DNA from: an uncultured Clostridia bacterium
GTDB lineage: Bacteria > Bacillota > Clostridia > Oscillospirales > CAG-272
Length of the DNA stretch: 64,000 nt
Assembly (NCBI GenBank): GCA_944391805.1
Contig: CALXUY010000093.1
Span: 4,688-68,687 of the forward strand
Direction of reading: 5' to 3'
This document shows positions 44,073 through 54,620 of this stretch, one piece after another. Below the pieces are notes generated by a model. It saw only the letters and a program-made list of their open reading frames with translations. It ran no database searches and was not told the origin of the DNA. A program made the translations under genes and the position numbers. Position 1 is the stretch's first letter; each line of letters starts with the position of its first letter.

Positions 44073-45533
44073 ATGAAACAAACTACCCGATGGCTCCCGA
44101 TGCTGCTCTGCCTGGCGGCCCTGCTTGGGCTTGTGACAGGCTGCGGCGGCAAGGAGGGGCCTCCCGCGTCATCCGACACGCAGCCGGCGGTCACACAAGG
44201 GGACAACTGGAACATTACGCTTCCCGATCGGGATCTGGAGCTGAAAACCTTTCGGATTCTGGGGCGGGACGGCGGAGGCAACACCATGTTCACCAACTTT
44301 GAGTTTGACGCGGACGCTGACGGAACCCTGATGAACGATGCGGTATTTTCCAGAAACGAGAGCCTGGAGACACGCTACAATTTTGTGGTGGAGTATTCCT
44401 CCTCTGACAACGTCAATGAGGACGTACAGGTGCTTTATGGCGCGGAGGAGGACGCTTATGATCTTGTCATTTACCAGGTCAGCAAGGTACAGCCGCACGC
44501 CAGCACGGGGTACCTGACCGACCTGTACAGCCTCCCTTGGCTGGACTTCGGCGCGCCCTGCTGGAACGAGACGGCCAATGCGCAGCTCAGTATGCTGAAC
44601 CGGCTGTATTTCACAACCAGCGATTACCTGCTGCTGGACAAAAACCGGACCTATCTCAACATTTACAATCGCGAGCTGGCCAGAGATCACGGGCTGGGAT
44701 ATCTCGAGGATATCGTGAAGGATGGCTCGTGGACCTATGAGCGCTTTCTGGAGGTGGAGGAGCTGCTGACGCTCGAGCTGGACGGCGTCGACGGGCACAG
44801 CGCCAACGATGGCTTCGGCCTGGTAATGGACAGCTACAATGCCTTTGTCCCCTTTGTATACGGCGGCGGTCTCCGTCTTTCCTCCAAGACCGACGACGAT
44901 TTGCTGGAGCTGACCGGCAATGACGGGCGCGCAACCGACATCATCGCGGAGGCGCTGCGAATCACCTGTGACGAGAATATGGCCATGTTCTGCAACGACT
45001 ACAACAACAATTGGGCCATTGCAAACGATACCTTTTATGCGCGCCGCGCGCTGATTACCACAACCTTTCTCTCGGTTTTTGACACCTCTATGGGGGAAAA
45101 GTGTGATTTTGAATACGGCTTCCTGCCGTTTCCGAAGCTCGAACAGTCGCAGGATGCATACTACACGGTGCCGGATACCCAGCACAGCCAGGTGTTTGCG
45201 GTCCCGGTGTTTGTACAGGACAAGGATTTTGCAGGGTATGTGCTTGAGCTGTTTTCCGAGGCGTCAACCCATACCACGCTGGAGGTCTTTTATGAGCAGA
45301 AGTGCAAGCTCCAGAATTCCTACGATCAGCTCTGCGCCGATATGCTGGACCTGATTTTTGCAAATGTTGTCTACGATGCCGTGCTGGTCGGCGATTTCGG
45401 AGGGCTTTGCTCGCTGCTCAAGGTGGAGCTTCCCTCCAAAAAGCTCAACATCTATTCGGGAATGTACCGGAGCCGTTCCGCCACGGCAGAGGCGGAGCTG
45501 GAAAAGCTGATTGCTGCCTACCAATCGAGGTGA
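44073..45533 (+). CDS. Orphan solute-binding-protein-like lipoprotein (paralog of 29684-31177)
   Basis: Lipobox LVTGC. Blocks shared with the paralog: TFRIL, DAVF.RNE..E.RYN, AYDLV, SLP.L. SD AAGGAGGG. Confidence 0.55.
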   Translation: MKQTTRWLPMLLCLAALLGLVTGCGGKEGPPASSDTQPAVTQGDNWNITLPDRDLELKTFRILGRDGGGNTMFTNFEFDADADGTLMNDAVFSRNESLETRYNFVVEYSSSDNVNEDVQVLYGAEEDAYDLVIYQVSKVQPHASTGYLTDLYSLPWLDFGAPCWNETANAQLSMLNRLYFTTSDYLLLDKNRTYLNIYNRELARDHGLGYLEDIVKDGSWTYERFLEVEELLTLELDGVDGHSANDGFGLVMDSYNAFVPFVYGGGLRLSSKTDDDLLELTGNDGRATDIIAEALRITCDENMAMFCNDYNNNWAIANDTFYARRALITTTFLSVFDTSMGEKCDFEYGFLPFPKLEQSQDAYYTVPDTQHSQVFAVPVFVQDKDFAGYVLELFSEASTHTTLEVFYEQKCKLQNSYDQLCADMLDLIFANVVYDAVLVGDFGGLCSLLKVELPSKKLNIYSGMYRSRSATAEAELEKLIAAYQSR

Positions 45534-45635
45534 GTCTGCCGCGATTCCGGCGGTTTCATTTCTCCGTCAACCGAAGCACCGCCCGGAGCTGGCGGAGCTA
45601 CATCTCACCCATCAAATGAAAAAGGAGACAAGACA

Positions 45636-46778
45636 ATGAAAAAGATGCTGTTGTTTGCCATGACTGCCACGCTGCTGGTCTGTGTGCTGGTGCTCCCCGC
45701 CGCGGCTGTATATACCCTGTCCTACGGACTGTCGGAGTACGGGCAGCAGACCTTTCTGGTCGGAAAGCCGACCGAAACGCCCCCGACCGTCGACGGCGCC
45801 GTGTCCGAGGGCGAGTACACCAATTGCCTGCATCTCACGCCGGAATCCGAGGGCATGGCGCAGATCGGCGTGACCAATCAGGGCGCCCTGGCCGATTACA
45901 TCGATATTTATGTCAGCTACGATGCGGACTATATCTATATGGCCGCCGTGGTGCAGGAGGACGAATATTCCTTCAAAAACGAATCCACCAACAACCAGTA
46001 CAGCGCGCTCTGCGTGAACTTCGGCTACCGCACCAACGGAAGCTCGATTCAGGCGATGGACCGCATGGAGTGCACGCTCTCGATCAACGATGCCGCGGGC
46101 ACCTCCTTCTTCACCGGCATCGGCTACTATGAGTATGCTTCCGACGGAAAGTATTATCAGAATCTGGAAGCAGACCCGCCTGTTCAGGGCAAGGACTGGA
46201 GCTTTATGAACCAACTGATGCCCGAGAAGAAATTTGTGCGCACGATGGACGCGGAACAGAAAAACATTACGGTGTACGAATTCTCCATGTCCAAGGCGGT
46301 GCTGAAGAATGCCTTCCGCACCGATACACTCTCCGACACGGCGTATTTCTGGTTTGAAAGCTATGCCACCAGCGGAGGCGCGCGCATCGGCAATCTTGCC
46401 TACCGGCATCTGCTGAGCGATGAGGAAACCATTGCACTGATTGAGGATTACGGCTGGTGCGCCTCCTTTGTGGGACATCTGATGGTGTTTGGCGAGGAGA
46501 TGGAGCTGGATCTGACCGTGGACCAGAAGCCCCAGGAGAGCGAAGAGGACACGAGCGACCCCACAGACGAGCCAACCGCCGAACCCACCTCCGAACCGAC
46601 CGACGAGCCGACGGCTGCGCCGACCGATGAACCGACCCCGCAGGGGACCGATGCTTCCGGTACGGATGCATCCGATTCCGACGGAGACGGCTGCAAGAGC
46701 GCCGTTGCGCTGACTTCTCTGGCGCTCATCGCCGTGGTTTCCTGCGGCGTGGCGGTGACCTGCAAAAAGAAGAGATGA
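45636..46778 (+). CDS. Cell-surface protein: signal peptide, CBM9/DOMON-like domain, Pro/Thr/Glu linker, C-terminal TM anchor
   Basis: PPTVDGAVSEGEY motif, linker PTDEPTAEPTSEPTDEPTAAPTDEPTP, anchor LALIAVVSCGVAVTCKKKR. Confidence 0.45.
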   Translation: MKKMLLFAMTATLLVCVLVLPAAAVYTLSYGLSEYGQQTFLVGKPTETPPTVDGAVSEGEYTNCLHLTPESEGMAQIGVTNQGALADYIDIYVSYDADYIYMAAVVQEDEYSFKNESTNNQYSALCVNFGYRTNGSSIQAMDRMECTLSINDAAGTSFFTGIGYYEYASDGKYYQNLEADPPVQGKDWSFMNQLMPEKKFVRTMDAEQKNITVYEFSMSKAVLKNAFRTDTLSDTAYFWFESYATSGGARIGNLAYRHLLSDEETIALIEDYGWCASFVGHLMVFGEEMELDLTVDQKPQESEEDTSDPTDEPTAEPTSEPTDEPTAAPTDEPTPQGTDASGTDASDSDGDGCKSAVALTSLALIAVVSCGVAVTCKKKR

Positions 46779-47054
46779 TTCTGCCGCAGGCGTAAGCGTG
46801 CCGCAAACGCGCCGGGCATGCGGCGGCAGCGGCTGCCGTGCGATATATCTGTAATGCCTGTGTGCAGCTCCGGTGTGCTGCCGGGAGGGCTTTGGCCTTT
46901 CCGGCGGCGCCGCGCGTTTTTGGCAGCGGCGGCAGGCTGGGGGAGGGGATCAAATACCAACGGCAGGCAGTAAGTGGCCGACCGGCGCCCCCGCGCCGTC
47001 GGCAATGGAACGTCCCCGCATGCGCGCGGGCGTTTGGAAAGGATGGAACACCAT

Positions 47055-48866
47055 ATGAAGAATACATGGAAACGGCTTGTGGCTCTGCTTCTGGCATTTG
47101 TTCTCGCCATATGCGCGGCTGCCTGCCGGAAAAGCCAAGAGCCGGCGCAAACCACGGAACCCGGCACGGGCGAACAGACCGGAAAAGGAGCCGTATGGAT
47201 GGATCTGCTCTCTGCCGGGGGAGAGGTCTGCGGGGTTTACTATCCGGCCGGAGCCGAGCCGGATGTGGTCAGCGCCGCGCAGCAGCTCGCGGCATCGGTC
47301 GGGGCGTTGTGCGGGCAGAGCGTCAGCCCGGAGAGTGACGACCGCATTCCGGCGCAGCCCGGCGCCATGATACTGGTCGGGTGGACCTGCCGGCCGGAAA
47401 GCGGGGAATTTTACGCAACCCTGGGCTATTCGGATTACGGGCACGCGGTGGTCGCTCCGAACGTGCTGTGTGTGGGCGGGCACAGCGCGTCCAATACGGT
47501 CAAGGCTGCCAAGAGCCTCTCCGGGCTGTTGAACGCCGGCTCGCTGCCCACCGAAAAGCTGCTGGCGGACGGCAGCCGGGAGCGCGGCGGGGTATATCTT
47601 TCCTCCGAACAGGATGCGCGGGTTGAGGCGAGCTATCCGATCGAGGCGCTGACCGTTGAGGGGCAGCCGCTCTCGGATTTTGTGCTGGTGTATGAGCCGG
47701 AGCAGGGCAGAGCGGTCGCCGAGCAGATGCAGCATCTGGTCGGCATCTCCACGGGCGTCTGTCTGCCCCTGAAAAATGCGGCCGAAACGCCGGAGGCGGC
47801 GTTTGAAATTCTGGTCGGCAACACCGGACGTGAGCTGACCGCCGGCTTTTATGCCCAAAGCTATCATCTGAATTACAACCAATATCAGCTTCTGATTGCG
47901 CCGGGCAAGCTGGCGCTGGTCGGGGCCTCCGAGGTCTCGCTGGGGTATGCGCTGGATGCTTTTTCGGCGCTTCTTACCGGGAGCGGCAGCCGAACGCTGA
48001 ATGCCTCCGATTCGCTCAGCGGCAGTCTGCCCGGCTCTGCCTGGTCGGTTTCGGACCGTCCGGATACCTCCGATCTGCGCGTGGCCTCGAATAACGTGTA
48101 TTTTTATGAGTATACCCTCACCAGAGCCGCGCAGCTTCTGGAATCCTGCATTTATCTGGACGCCGACGTCCTGCTGCTGCAGGAGATGAGCGTGGATTGG
48201 CACCTCTATCTGGATGCCGCCCTGTCCGAAATCGGCTATACACAGGTGCCGACCAAGGCGAATCCAGAGCTGGGCGAGGTGCCAGACCGCCTGAATTACA
48301 CGCCCATTTATTACCGGGCCGAGAAGCTGACGCTGGTGGAATGCGGCTATGACCAGTTTGAATCGGTCAAGGCCCGCCCCGACGGGGATCTCTCGTCCTC
48401 CAAATCCTATACATGGGCGCTGTTTGAGGAACAGGCGACCGGCAAGCGGTTTGTCGCCATCAGCACGCACTATACCTGGTATGGCGACCCTGTTCAGGCA
48501 AACAGCTTCCGCGTTGCCGACGCGCAGGAGATCATGGCAGCGGTGGAAGGGCTGGAGCGGCAGTATGCCTGCCCGATCATTGTGATGGGGGATCTCAACT
48601 GTACCGTAAACTCCGATCCCTACAACGTCATGGCCGAAGGCGGCCTGCTGGATGCGCGTTACCATGCCGACCGGCGGGAGAACATCAACATCAGTACCTG
48701 GCATGAGCTGGGGCAGCAGGCGGGCAACGGCAGCGGCGGCATTCTTGACCACTGCTTCTTTTCGGGGGAGGGACTGCACGCCAAGCTGTTTCAGGTGGTG
48801 CACAACAGCTACGCGGTGCAGTCCAGCGACCATCTTCCGATTGTGCTGGATGCTTCGCTTGAATGA
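47055..48866 (+). CDS. Lipoprotein with two N-terminal modules and an EEP domain (paralog of 31209-33074)
   Basis: Lipobox AICAAAC. EEP motifs: LLLQEM, ISTHY, GDLNC, SDHLPIVLD. Start at ATG 47055 (MKNTWKRL). Confidence 0.7.
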   Translation: MKNTWKRLVALLLAFVLAICAAACRKSQEPAQTTEPGTGEQTGKGAVWMDLLSAGGEVCGVYYPAGAEPDVVSAAQQLAASVGALCGQSVSPESDDRIPAQPGAMILVGWTCRPESGEFYATLGYSDYGHAVVAPNVLCVGGHSASNTVKAAKSLSGLLNAGSLPTEKLLADGSRERGGVYLSSEQDARVEASYPIEALTVEGQPLSDFVLVYEPEQGRAVAEQMQHLVGISTGVCLPLKNAAETPEAAFEILVGNTGRELTAGFYAQSYHLNYNQYQLLIAPGKLALVGASEVSLGYALDAFSALLTGSGSRTLNASDSLSGSLPGSAWSVSDRPDTSDLRVASNNVYFYEYTLTRAAQLLESCIYLDADVLLLQEMSVDWHLYLDAALSEIGYTQVPTKANPELGEVPDRLNYTPIYYRAEKLTLVECGYDQFESVKARPDGDLSSSKSYTWALFEEQATGKRFVAISTHYTWYGDPVQANSFRVADAQEIMAAVEGLERQYACPIIVMGDLNCTVNSDPYNVMAEGGLLDARYHADRRENINISTWHELGQQAGNGSGGILDHCFFSGEGLHAKLFQVVHNSYAVQSSDHLPIVLDASLE

Positions 48867-48906
48867 CGCAGCAGTCAATCCAACATCAAAAAGGATGAGA
48901 GAGCAA

Positions 48907-50400
48907 ATGAACAACACACTACAAATCGGCTGGGCGGAGGTTGACATCACGCCCGGAAAACCGATCCGGCTGGCCGGGCAGTTTTATGAGCGGATTTCGG
49001 AGTATGTCGAAACGCCGATCTCGGCAACGGCGCTGGCCATCGAGAACGGCGCGGATCAGGTGGTTTTCTGTTCGGTTGACCTCGAGAGCATCGATCCCTG
49101 CCTGCCGGAGCTGGTGCGGGAGGCGATCGGACAGCAGCCGGGCGGGCCGGATCCGGATAAAATTGTGATTTCCGCCACACATACGCACACATCCTTTGTT
49201 TATCAGGGAAAGCATGATCCCGGGCTGCAGGCCCTGCGGCAGTACCTCGGAGAGGATGCTTTGGCGGAGCCGACCGAGGAAGCGTCGACGCCGGCGCGGG
49301 AGGATGTTCTCTCGCCGGAGGAGGCCACCGTGTTTCTGGCAGAGCGCATCACCCGCGCGGTCAGGGAGGCATGGGGCGGGCGTGCTCCGGGGCTTTACCG
49401 CTGCGCCTTCGGGCGGGCGGCAGTGGGAATGTGCCGGCGGGTCTGCTATCGGGACGGAAGCGCCAGAATGTGGGGAGACACCAACCGGAGCGATTTTGAC
49501 GCGCTGGAGGGCGGAAACGACAGCGGAATCGAGCTGCTGTTTACCTACGACAAGAGCCGAAGGCCGACCGGCGCCGTTGTCAACCTCTCCTGCCCGGCAC
49601 AGGTATTGGAGCAGCGGTATCTGGTCTCGTCGGATTTCTGGGGGAAGGTCAAAATTCTGCTCCGCCGGGAGCTGGGGGAGGATTTCCGCGTTCTCGCGCT
49701 CTGCGCGCCGGCCGGCGACCAGTGCCCGCGGGATCTGGTGCGCTGGGTGGAGCCGGAAAGCCCGATTGAGGACCCGAATGTCGTCCGGCAGAATCCGCCG
49801 CTGCGCCGCGCCGATCCTTCGATGTACGATGTGCAGGGAACATGGACCATCGGCCGGCGCATCGCAAGTGAAATTCTGGCGGTGCTCGGAGAGGCCGGGC
49901 GGTTGTCTGCGGAGGCGGAGCTGCGGCACCGCGCGCTGACGCTGGAGCTGCCGCTCCGTCGGGTCAGCGAGGAGGAAAACCGGGAGGCTCGGCAAATGCT
50001 CGCCCGATTCGCGGCGGAACGACGGGGAAGGGAGGTCAGCTTCGTTGACAGCGCCGCCATGCATGTGTATGCCGGTGTGGCCGCCCGGTTTGACCGGCAG
50101 CAAAGAGAGAGCCTTGTGCCGTGTGAGATCCATGTCATCCGCCTGGGGGACGTTGCCTTTGCCACCAGCCCGTTTGAGCTGTTTTTGGATTATGCCAATG
50201 TCATCCGTGCCAGAAGCGTGTCGGCCCAGAGCTTTCTGGTTCAGCTTGCGTGCGATTCCAAGGGTTATCTGCCAACCGAAAAGGCCGAGCAGGGCGGTCA
50301 CTACTCGGCGTATGTTTCCAGCGGACACGTGGGGCATGAGGGAGGCAGATTGCTGGTGGAACGCACGCTGGAGCTGATCGACGAGCTGTTCCGCGCATGA
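48907..50400 (+). CDS. Neutral/alkaline ceramidase-like N-terminal-domain protein (function uncertain)
   Basis: IGWAEVDITPGKPIRLAGQFYERISEYVETPISATALAIE...VFCSVDL resembles the ceramidase-like fold signature. There is no signal peptide. The choice of start 48907 is tentative. Confidence 0.45.
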   Translation: MNNTLQIGWAEVDITPGKPIRLAGQFYERISEYVETPISATALAIENGADQVVFCSVDLESIDPCLPELVREAIGQQPGGPDPDKIVISATHTHTSFVYQGKHDPGLQALRQYLGEDALAEPTEEASTPAREDVLSPEEATVFLAERITRAVREAWGGRAPGLYRCAFGRAAVGMCRRVCYRDGSARMWGDTNRSDFDALEGGNDSGIELLFTYDKSRRPTGAVVNLSCPAQVLEQRYLVSSDFWGKVKILLRRELGEDFRVLALCAPAGDQCPRDLVRWVEPESPIEDPNVVRQNPPLRRADPSMYDVQGTWTIGRRIASEILAVLGEAGRLSAEAELRHRALTLELPLRRVSEEENREARQMLARFAAERRGREVSFVDSAAMHVYAGVAARFDRQQRESLVPCEIHVIRLGDVAFATSPFELFLDYANVIRARSVSAQSFLVQLACDSKGYLPTEKAEQGGHYSAYVSSGHVGHEGGRLLVERTLELIDELFRA

Positions 50401-50678
50401 ATCCGCACACGCCGCCCGGCTTGGACATGCGCCGGAGCCGTTGCCGGCGCTCTGCCGGTATGATCCGTCAAAGAACCTGACTGTGCCGCAGGGCAGGATC
50501 TGCACGCATGCTGCGGTACGGCGGAGCGGCCATTCCGTGCGGACGCAAAAGCAAAAGGAGCTGACGCAAGCATGCTTCCGTACTTGCGCCAGCCCTTTTG
50601 GAGTCATCCGGCGATGATCGGCGGTGCCGTTCCATCCGGTATTCCTGCGGAAAGCTGCCATGAATGGCGCGGCATTGC

Positions 50679-51827
50679 CTATATGCCGCAGATGCGGGAG
50701 GCAAAATCGGCCGCCATGCTTCGCAGCAGCTCGCCCGCACGGCGCATGGAGTCCTCCGGCGAATCCGCATAGTCGGAGATGGCGAGGATGTCCCGAACGC
50801 CCATGGACAGCAGTTGATTTTTGTCGTCTCCCATGCATCCGACAAAGCAATACACCGGTATGCCGCGGGCGCCTGCGGCTTTTGCCACACCGCTGATGGC
50901 CTTGCCGAACAGGCTCTGCCGGTCTATTTTTCCCTCCCCGGTGATCACGAGACCGGCTCCCTGCAGCGCTTGGTCAAAGTGAAGCGTACTCAGTACGGCT
51001 TCAATGCCGGAGCGGATTTCGGTATCGGCAAATGCAAGCAGCGGAGCGGCCAGCCCGCCGCCGGCGCCGCAGCCCTCTATGTCGGCAACAGGTCTGCCGC
51101 AAAGCGAGCAGAGCAGGTCGGCGTAGTGCTTCATTCCGCGTTCCATTTCGTCCAGCTCCCGGTCGGCCGCGCCTTTTTGCCGGGCATAGATGCGGGTTGC
51201 GCCGGTTTCGCCGCACAGGGGATTGCGCACATCCGCGGCTACGGTGAAGCGGCATTGAGAGAGCAGCGGATCCAGCCCGGCAAGCTCGATTGCGGCAATT
51301 TCCGAGAGAGTACCGCCGGTCGGCAAAAACGTGTGTCCGCGGGCATCCCGGAACTCCGCACCCAGTGCGGCGAGCATTCCGCAGCCGCCGTCATTGGTGG
51401 CGCTCCCGCCCACCGTCAGCAAAATGCTCCGGTATCCGCGGCGGATGGCGTGGCGGATCAGCTCTCCGACCCCGTAGGTGGTCGCTTTCGCAGCGGATCT
51501 GCAGGCTTGAGGAATCAGGGTCAGCCCGGCGGCGCTGGCCATTTCAATCACCGCGGTGTCCCCCAGCCCGCCGTATTGCGCATGGCATGGCGCGCCGTCC
51601 GGCCCTGTGACGGTCACGCTGATTCTGTGCTCCGGCGCAACCAGTGCATCGAGGGTTCCCTCTCCCCCGTCGGCGATGGGGAGGCAGAGCAGCTCGGGCG
51701 CCGTTCCGGCGCCGCCCCAGCCCTGCAGCAGCCCGACGCGAATGGCCTCGGCGGCGTCATGCGCCGAAATGCTGCCCTTGAAGGAATCCGGCGCGATGAC
51801 AATTTTGCGTATGGAATCAAGCCTCAT
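50679..51827 (-). CDS. Glycerate kinase
   Basis: KIVIAPDSFKGSISAHDAAEAI N-terminus and ITGEGKIDRQS motif. Confidence 0.85.
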   Translation of the reverse strand: MRLDSIRKIVIAPDSFKGSISAHDAAEAIRVGLLQGWGGAGTAPELLCLPIADGGEGTLDALVAPEHRISVTVTGPDGAPCHAQYGGLGDTAVIEMASAAGLTLIPQACRSAAKATTYGVGELIRHAIRRGYRSILLTVGGSATNDGGCGMLAALGAEFRDARGHTFLPTGGTLSEIAAIELAGLDPLLSQCRFTVAADVRNPLCGETGATRIYARQKGAADRELDEMERGMKHYADLLCSLCGRPVADIEGCGAGGGLAAPLLAFADTEIRSGIEAVLSTLHFDQALQGAGLVITGEGKIDRQSLFGKAISGVAKAAGARGIPVYCFVGCMGDDKNQLLSMGVRDILAISDYADSPEDSMRRAGELLRSMAADFASRICGI

Positions 51828-52584
51828 AAACCAGAATCCCCTCGTCCTTCAGGGCCTGAATTTCCTCGGCTTTGTCGGAGCGGCTGGTGACCAGAATGTC
51901 CATCTGAGAGACCGGCGCAATTTTGGTAAAGGTGCTTTTGCCGAGCTTTGAGCTGTCCGCGGCGACGATGACCGTTCCCGAAAGCTCCATCATTTTGCGA
52001 ATGGTGGAAGCCTCGTTCGCATAATAGAGCGACAGCCCGTAGGAGAGATTGATGCCGTCCAGCGATAGGATGCATTTGTTTGCATGATAGTTTTCGAGCT
52101 GGCAGATGGTGTCATGCCCGTAGGTGAACTGATAGCGCGAGTCAATCTGGCCGCCCAGCAGAGTCACATTGAAGGAGGGGGACGTGTTGATCTCGTTGGC
52201 GTTTTGTATGGAGTTGGTCACAATGCTGATATTCTTTTTTTCCTGCAGAGCGTGCAGCACATATGTCAGCGTGGTGCCGGCGTTCATCATAATGGTGTCG
52301 TTGTCCTCCACCAGTTCGGCAACTTTTTCGGCCACCGCCTTTTTGGCTTCCACATTGGTGTTGTAGCGCTCATTCAGGTTCATGCTCCCATAAAAGGGAT
52401 TGCCCATGATCGCTCCCCCGTGAACACGATTGAGCAGGCCTTGCGTTTCCAGCAGCTCCAGGTCGTTCCGGATCGTGACCTCCGATATTCCGAACTCCCG
52501 GCTCAGGTCCGCAACCCTCACCTTGCCTTGCTGCTGAACGGCCTTGATGATGCTTTCCCGTCTTTCTTCCGCACTGATTGTCAT
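51817..52584 (-). CDS. DeoR family transcriptional regulator
   Basis: HTH VADLSREFGISEVTIRNDLELLE plus a DeoR C-terminal sugar-binding domain. ATG 52584 has SD GGAAGGTG. 11-nt overlap with the glycerate kinase gene. Confidence 0.85.
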   Translation of the reverse strand: MTISAEERRESIIKAVQQQGKVRVADLSREFGISEVTIRNDLELLETQGLLNRVHGGAIMGNPFYGSMNLNERYNTNVEAKKAVAEKVAELVEDNDTIMMNAGTTLTYVLHALQEKKNISIVTNSIQNANEINTSPSFNVTLLGGQIDSRYQFTYGHDTICQLENYHANKCILSLDGINLSYGLSLYYANEASTIRKMMELSGTVIVAADSSKLGKSTFTKIAPVSQMDILVTSRSDKAEEIQALKDEGILVYEA

Positions 52585-52904
52585 TTGATGCACCTTCCTG
52601 TTTTGCTTTTTCTTTCGGTTATTGCCTGCACAGGCTATCCCTTGCTTTCGGGACGAAGACATTCGTTCATGTAGGCTCCCGGATGGGGAAAAGCCTCTCC
52701 GCCGGCAAATTCCCGACCGCCGTTTTTGCCATGCTGGAGGATGAGGCTCTCCTCAATAAACCAGAATATACTATAATTATATCACAAACGAAAGTAAAAT
52801 GCAAGGCATTTAGAAAAATTATGTAAAACCAGTTTTTTCTAATATATTTTTGCAATTGAGAATCATCTGTGAAAATAAATGATCACTGATTTGATAAAAA
52901 ACTC

Positions 52905-52933
52905 TTGACATTTCAATCAATATGGTGTAAAAT
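52905..52933 (+). promoter_or_regulatory. Candidate promoter (TTGACA-17-TAAAAT) for the sugar operon
   Basis: -35 at 52905-52910, 17-nt spacer, -10 TAAAAT at 52928-52933, in an AT-rich island. Confidence 0.5.
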
Positions 52934-52981
52934 ATAAAAGAAAACGAAATAAAAACAAAAATAAAACATAAGGATAAGAGG

Positions 52982-54427
52982 ATGAAAGAAAATCACGAGA
53001 AAAGATACATCGGGATTGATATCGGAACAACCTCACTCAAGGCGGCTTCGTTTGACGAAAACGGACGGCGGCTCGGCTTGCGCTGCATCCAGTATCCGTT
53101 GGATACGGATCCGAAAACCGGCTTTGTGGAGGCGGACCCCGAGCAGTATATCCGGATGTGCGAGCAGGCAATTGCCGAACTGACCGAGGAATGCGGTACT
53201 GCGGCGGCCATCTCGGTGGATACACAGGGGGAGACGCTGATTCTGGCCGATCGTGAGGGCAGGGCGTTGTATCCCGCAGTGGTCTGGCTGGATAACCGCG
53301 CCGCGCAGGAGGCCAAGGAGATCCGGGCACATTTTGGTACGAGGCGGGTTTACGAGGTGACCGGGCAGCCCGAAATCACCGCCGCCTGGCCGGCCTGCAA
53401 GCTGCTTTGGTTCCGCCGGCACCGGCCGGAGATTTTTGACCGCACAGAGAAAATTTTTCTGCTGGAGGACTGGATTCTGTTCCGCCTGACTGAAAAATTT
53501 GTGACAGAGCCGACCATTCAGTCCTCCTCGATTTATTATGACATCCGAGCCGGACAGTGGTGGACGGAGATGCTGGAGCTGATCGGAGTCCGGCCGGAGC
53601 AGCTCCCCCGGCTGGTGCCGAGCGCTGCGCCGGTCGGCCATTACCGGGGTGTGCCGGTGGTGGCCGGAGCGTTGGATCAGATTGCCGGCATGATCGGAGC
53701 CGGTGTGTGCGACGGGAGCGAAATCAGCGAAATGACCGGCACCACAATGGCGATCTGCAGCATGACCGACCGGATTCCGCCCTACCGTGAGGACAGCATT
53801 GTCCCCTGTCATGTGCACGCCATACCGGGGCAGTACTGCCGCATTCTGTGGTCGTCCACCGCGGGAATGGCGCTCAAATGGTTCCGCGATTCGTTCGCGG
53901 AGCAGTACCGCTTTGACGAGCTGGACGCGCTGGCGGAAAATATCCCGGCAGGGTGCGATGGGCTCACGGCCTTGCCCTATCTCTGCGGCGCCACCATGCC
54001 CAGATACCGGCCGGACGCGCGGGCGGTGTTCGCCGGAGTTCATCTGTCGCATACCCGGGCGCATTTTGCGCGGGCCATCATGGAGTCGGTCGCGTTCATT
54101 CTGCGGCAGAATATCGAATACATTGGCGGAATGTCGTCGATCCGGGGGATCCGCATCACCGGAGGAGGGGCAAACAGCCGGCTCTGGGCGCAGATCAAGG
54201 CGGATGTAACGGGAAAAGAGCTGCATACGGTTGCGGAGAGCGAAACCGCCTGCCTCGGCACGGCCATTCTGGCGGCGGTCGGCGTGGGGGATTTTGCCTC
54301 CGTTGCCGAGGCGGCCCGGAAGCTGGTTTGCATCAGCGGGACCTTCCGGCCGTCGGGTGAGCAGTATGAGCAGGCGTACAGGCGCTTTCTTTCGCTCGAC
54401 GGGTGGATCGATCAGCTCAGCCTGTAA
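52982..54427 (+). CDS. FGGY-family carbohydrate kinase (xylulokinase-like)
   Basis: YIGIDIGTTSLKA and ITGGGANSRLWAQIKADVTG motifs. Confidence 0.85.
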   Translation: MKENHEKRYIGIDIGTTSLKAASFDENGRRLGLRCIQYPLDTDPKTGFVEADPEQYIRMCEQAIAELTEECGTAAAISVDTQGETLILADREGRALYPAVVWLDNRAAQEAKEIRAHFGTRRVYEVTGQPEITAAWPACKLLWFRRHRPEIFDRTEKIFLLEDWILFRLTEKFVTEPTIQSSSIYYDIRAGQWWTEMLELIGVRPEQLPRLVPSAAPVGHYRGVPVVAGALDQIAGMIGAGVCDGSEISEMTGTTMAICSMTDRIPPYREDSIVPCHVHAIPGQYCRILWSSTAGMALKWFRDSFAEQYRFDELDALAENIPAGCDGLTALPYLCGATMPRYRPDARAVFAGVHLSHTRAHFARAIMESVAFILRQNIEYIGGMSSIRGIRITGGGANSRLWAQIKADVTGKELHTVAESETACLGTAILAAVGVGDFASVAEAARKLVCISGTFRPSGEQYEQAYRRFLSLDGWIDQLSL

Positions 54428-54620
54428 TCATGCGGGCGCATCGGCTTCTGTCGGCACGGTTGCTGTTCAGAATGGGTCGAAGGGCACAAGACCTGTGCGC
54501 GGCTTTCCGATGTATACGGCAGAAAATCGATGAACGAACCGACTGTGCGAGGGCGATGAGACGCCAACGGCAAAACAGAGAATTACGAGCATTTGGCTCA
54601 TTTGGAAAAGGAGATAGAGT

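Noticed and set aside
46950-48950. 666-aa ORF on the minus strand
   Set aside because: It is antisense to the EEP lipoprotein gene, which has clear EEP catalytic motifs and a lipobox.
48919-50850. 643-aa ORF on the minus strand
   Set aside because: It is antisense to the ceramidase-like gene and extends through an intergenic region. It is an Arg/Pro/Gly-rich artefact.
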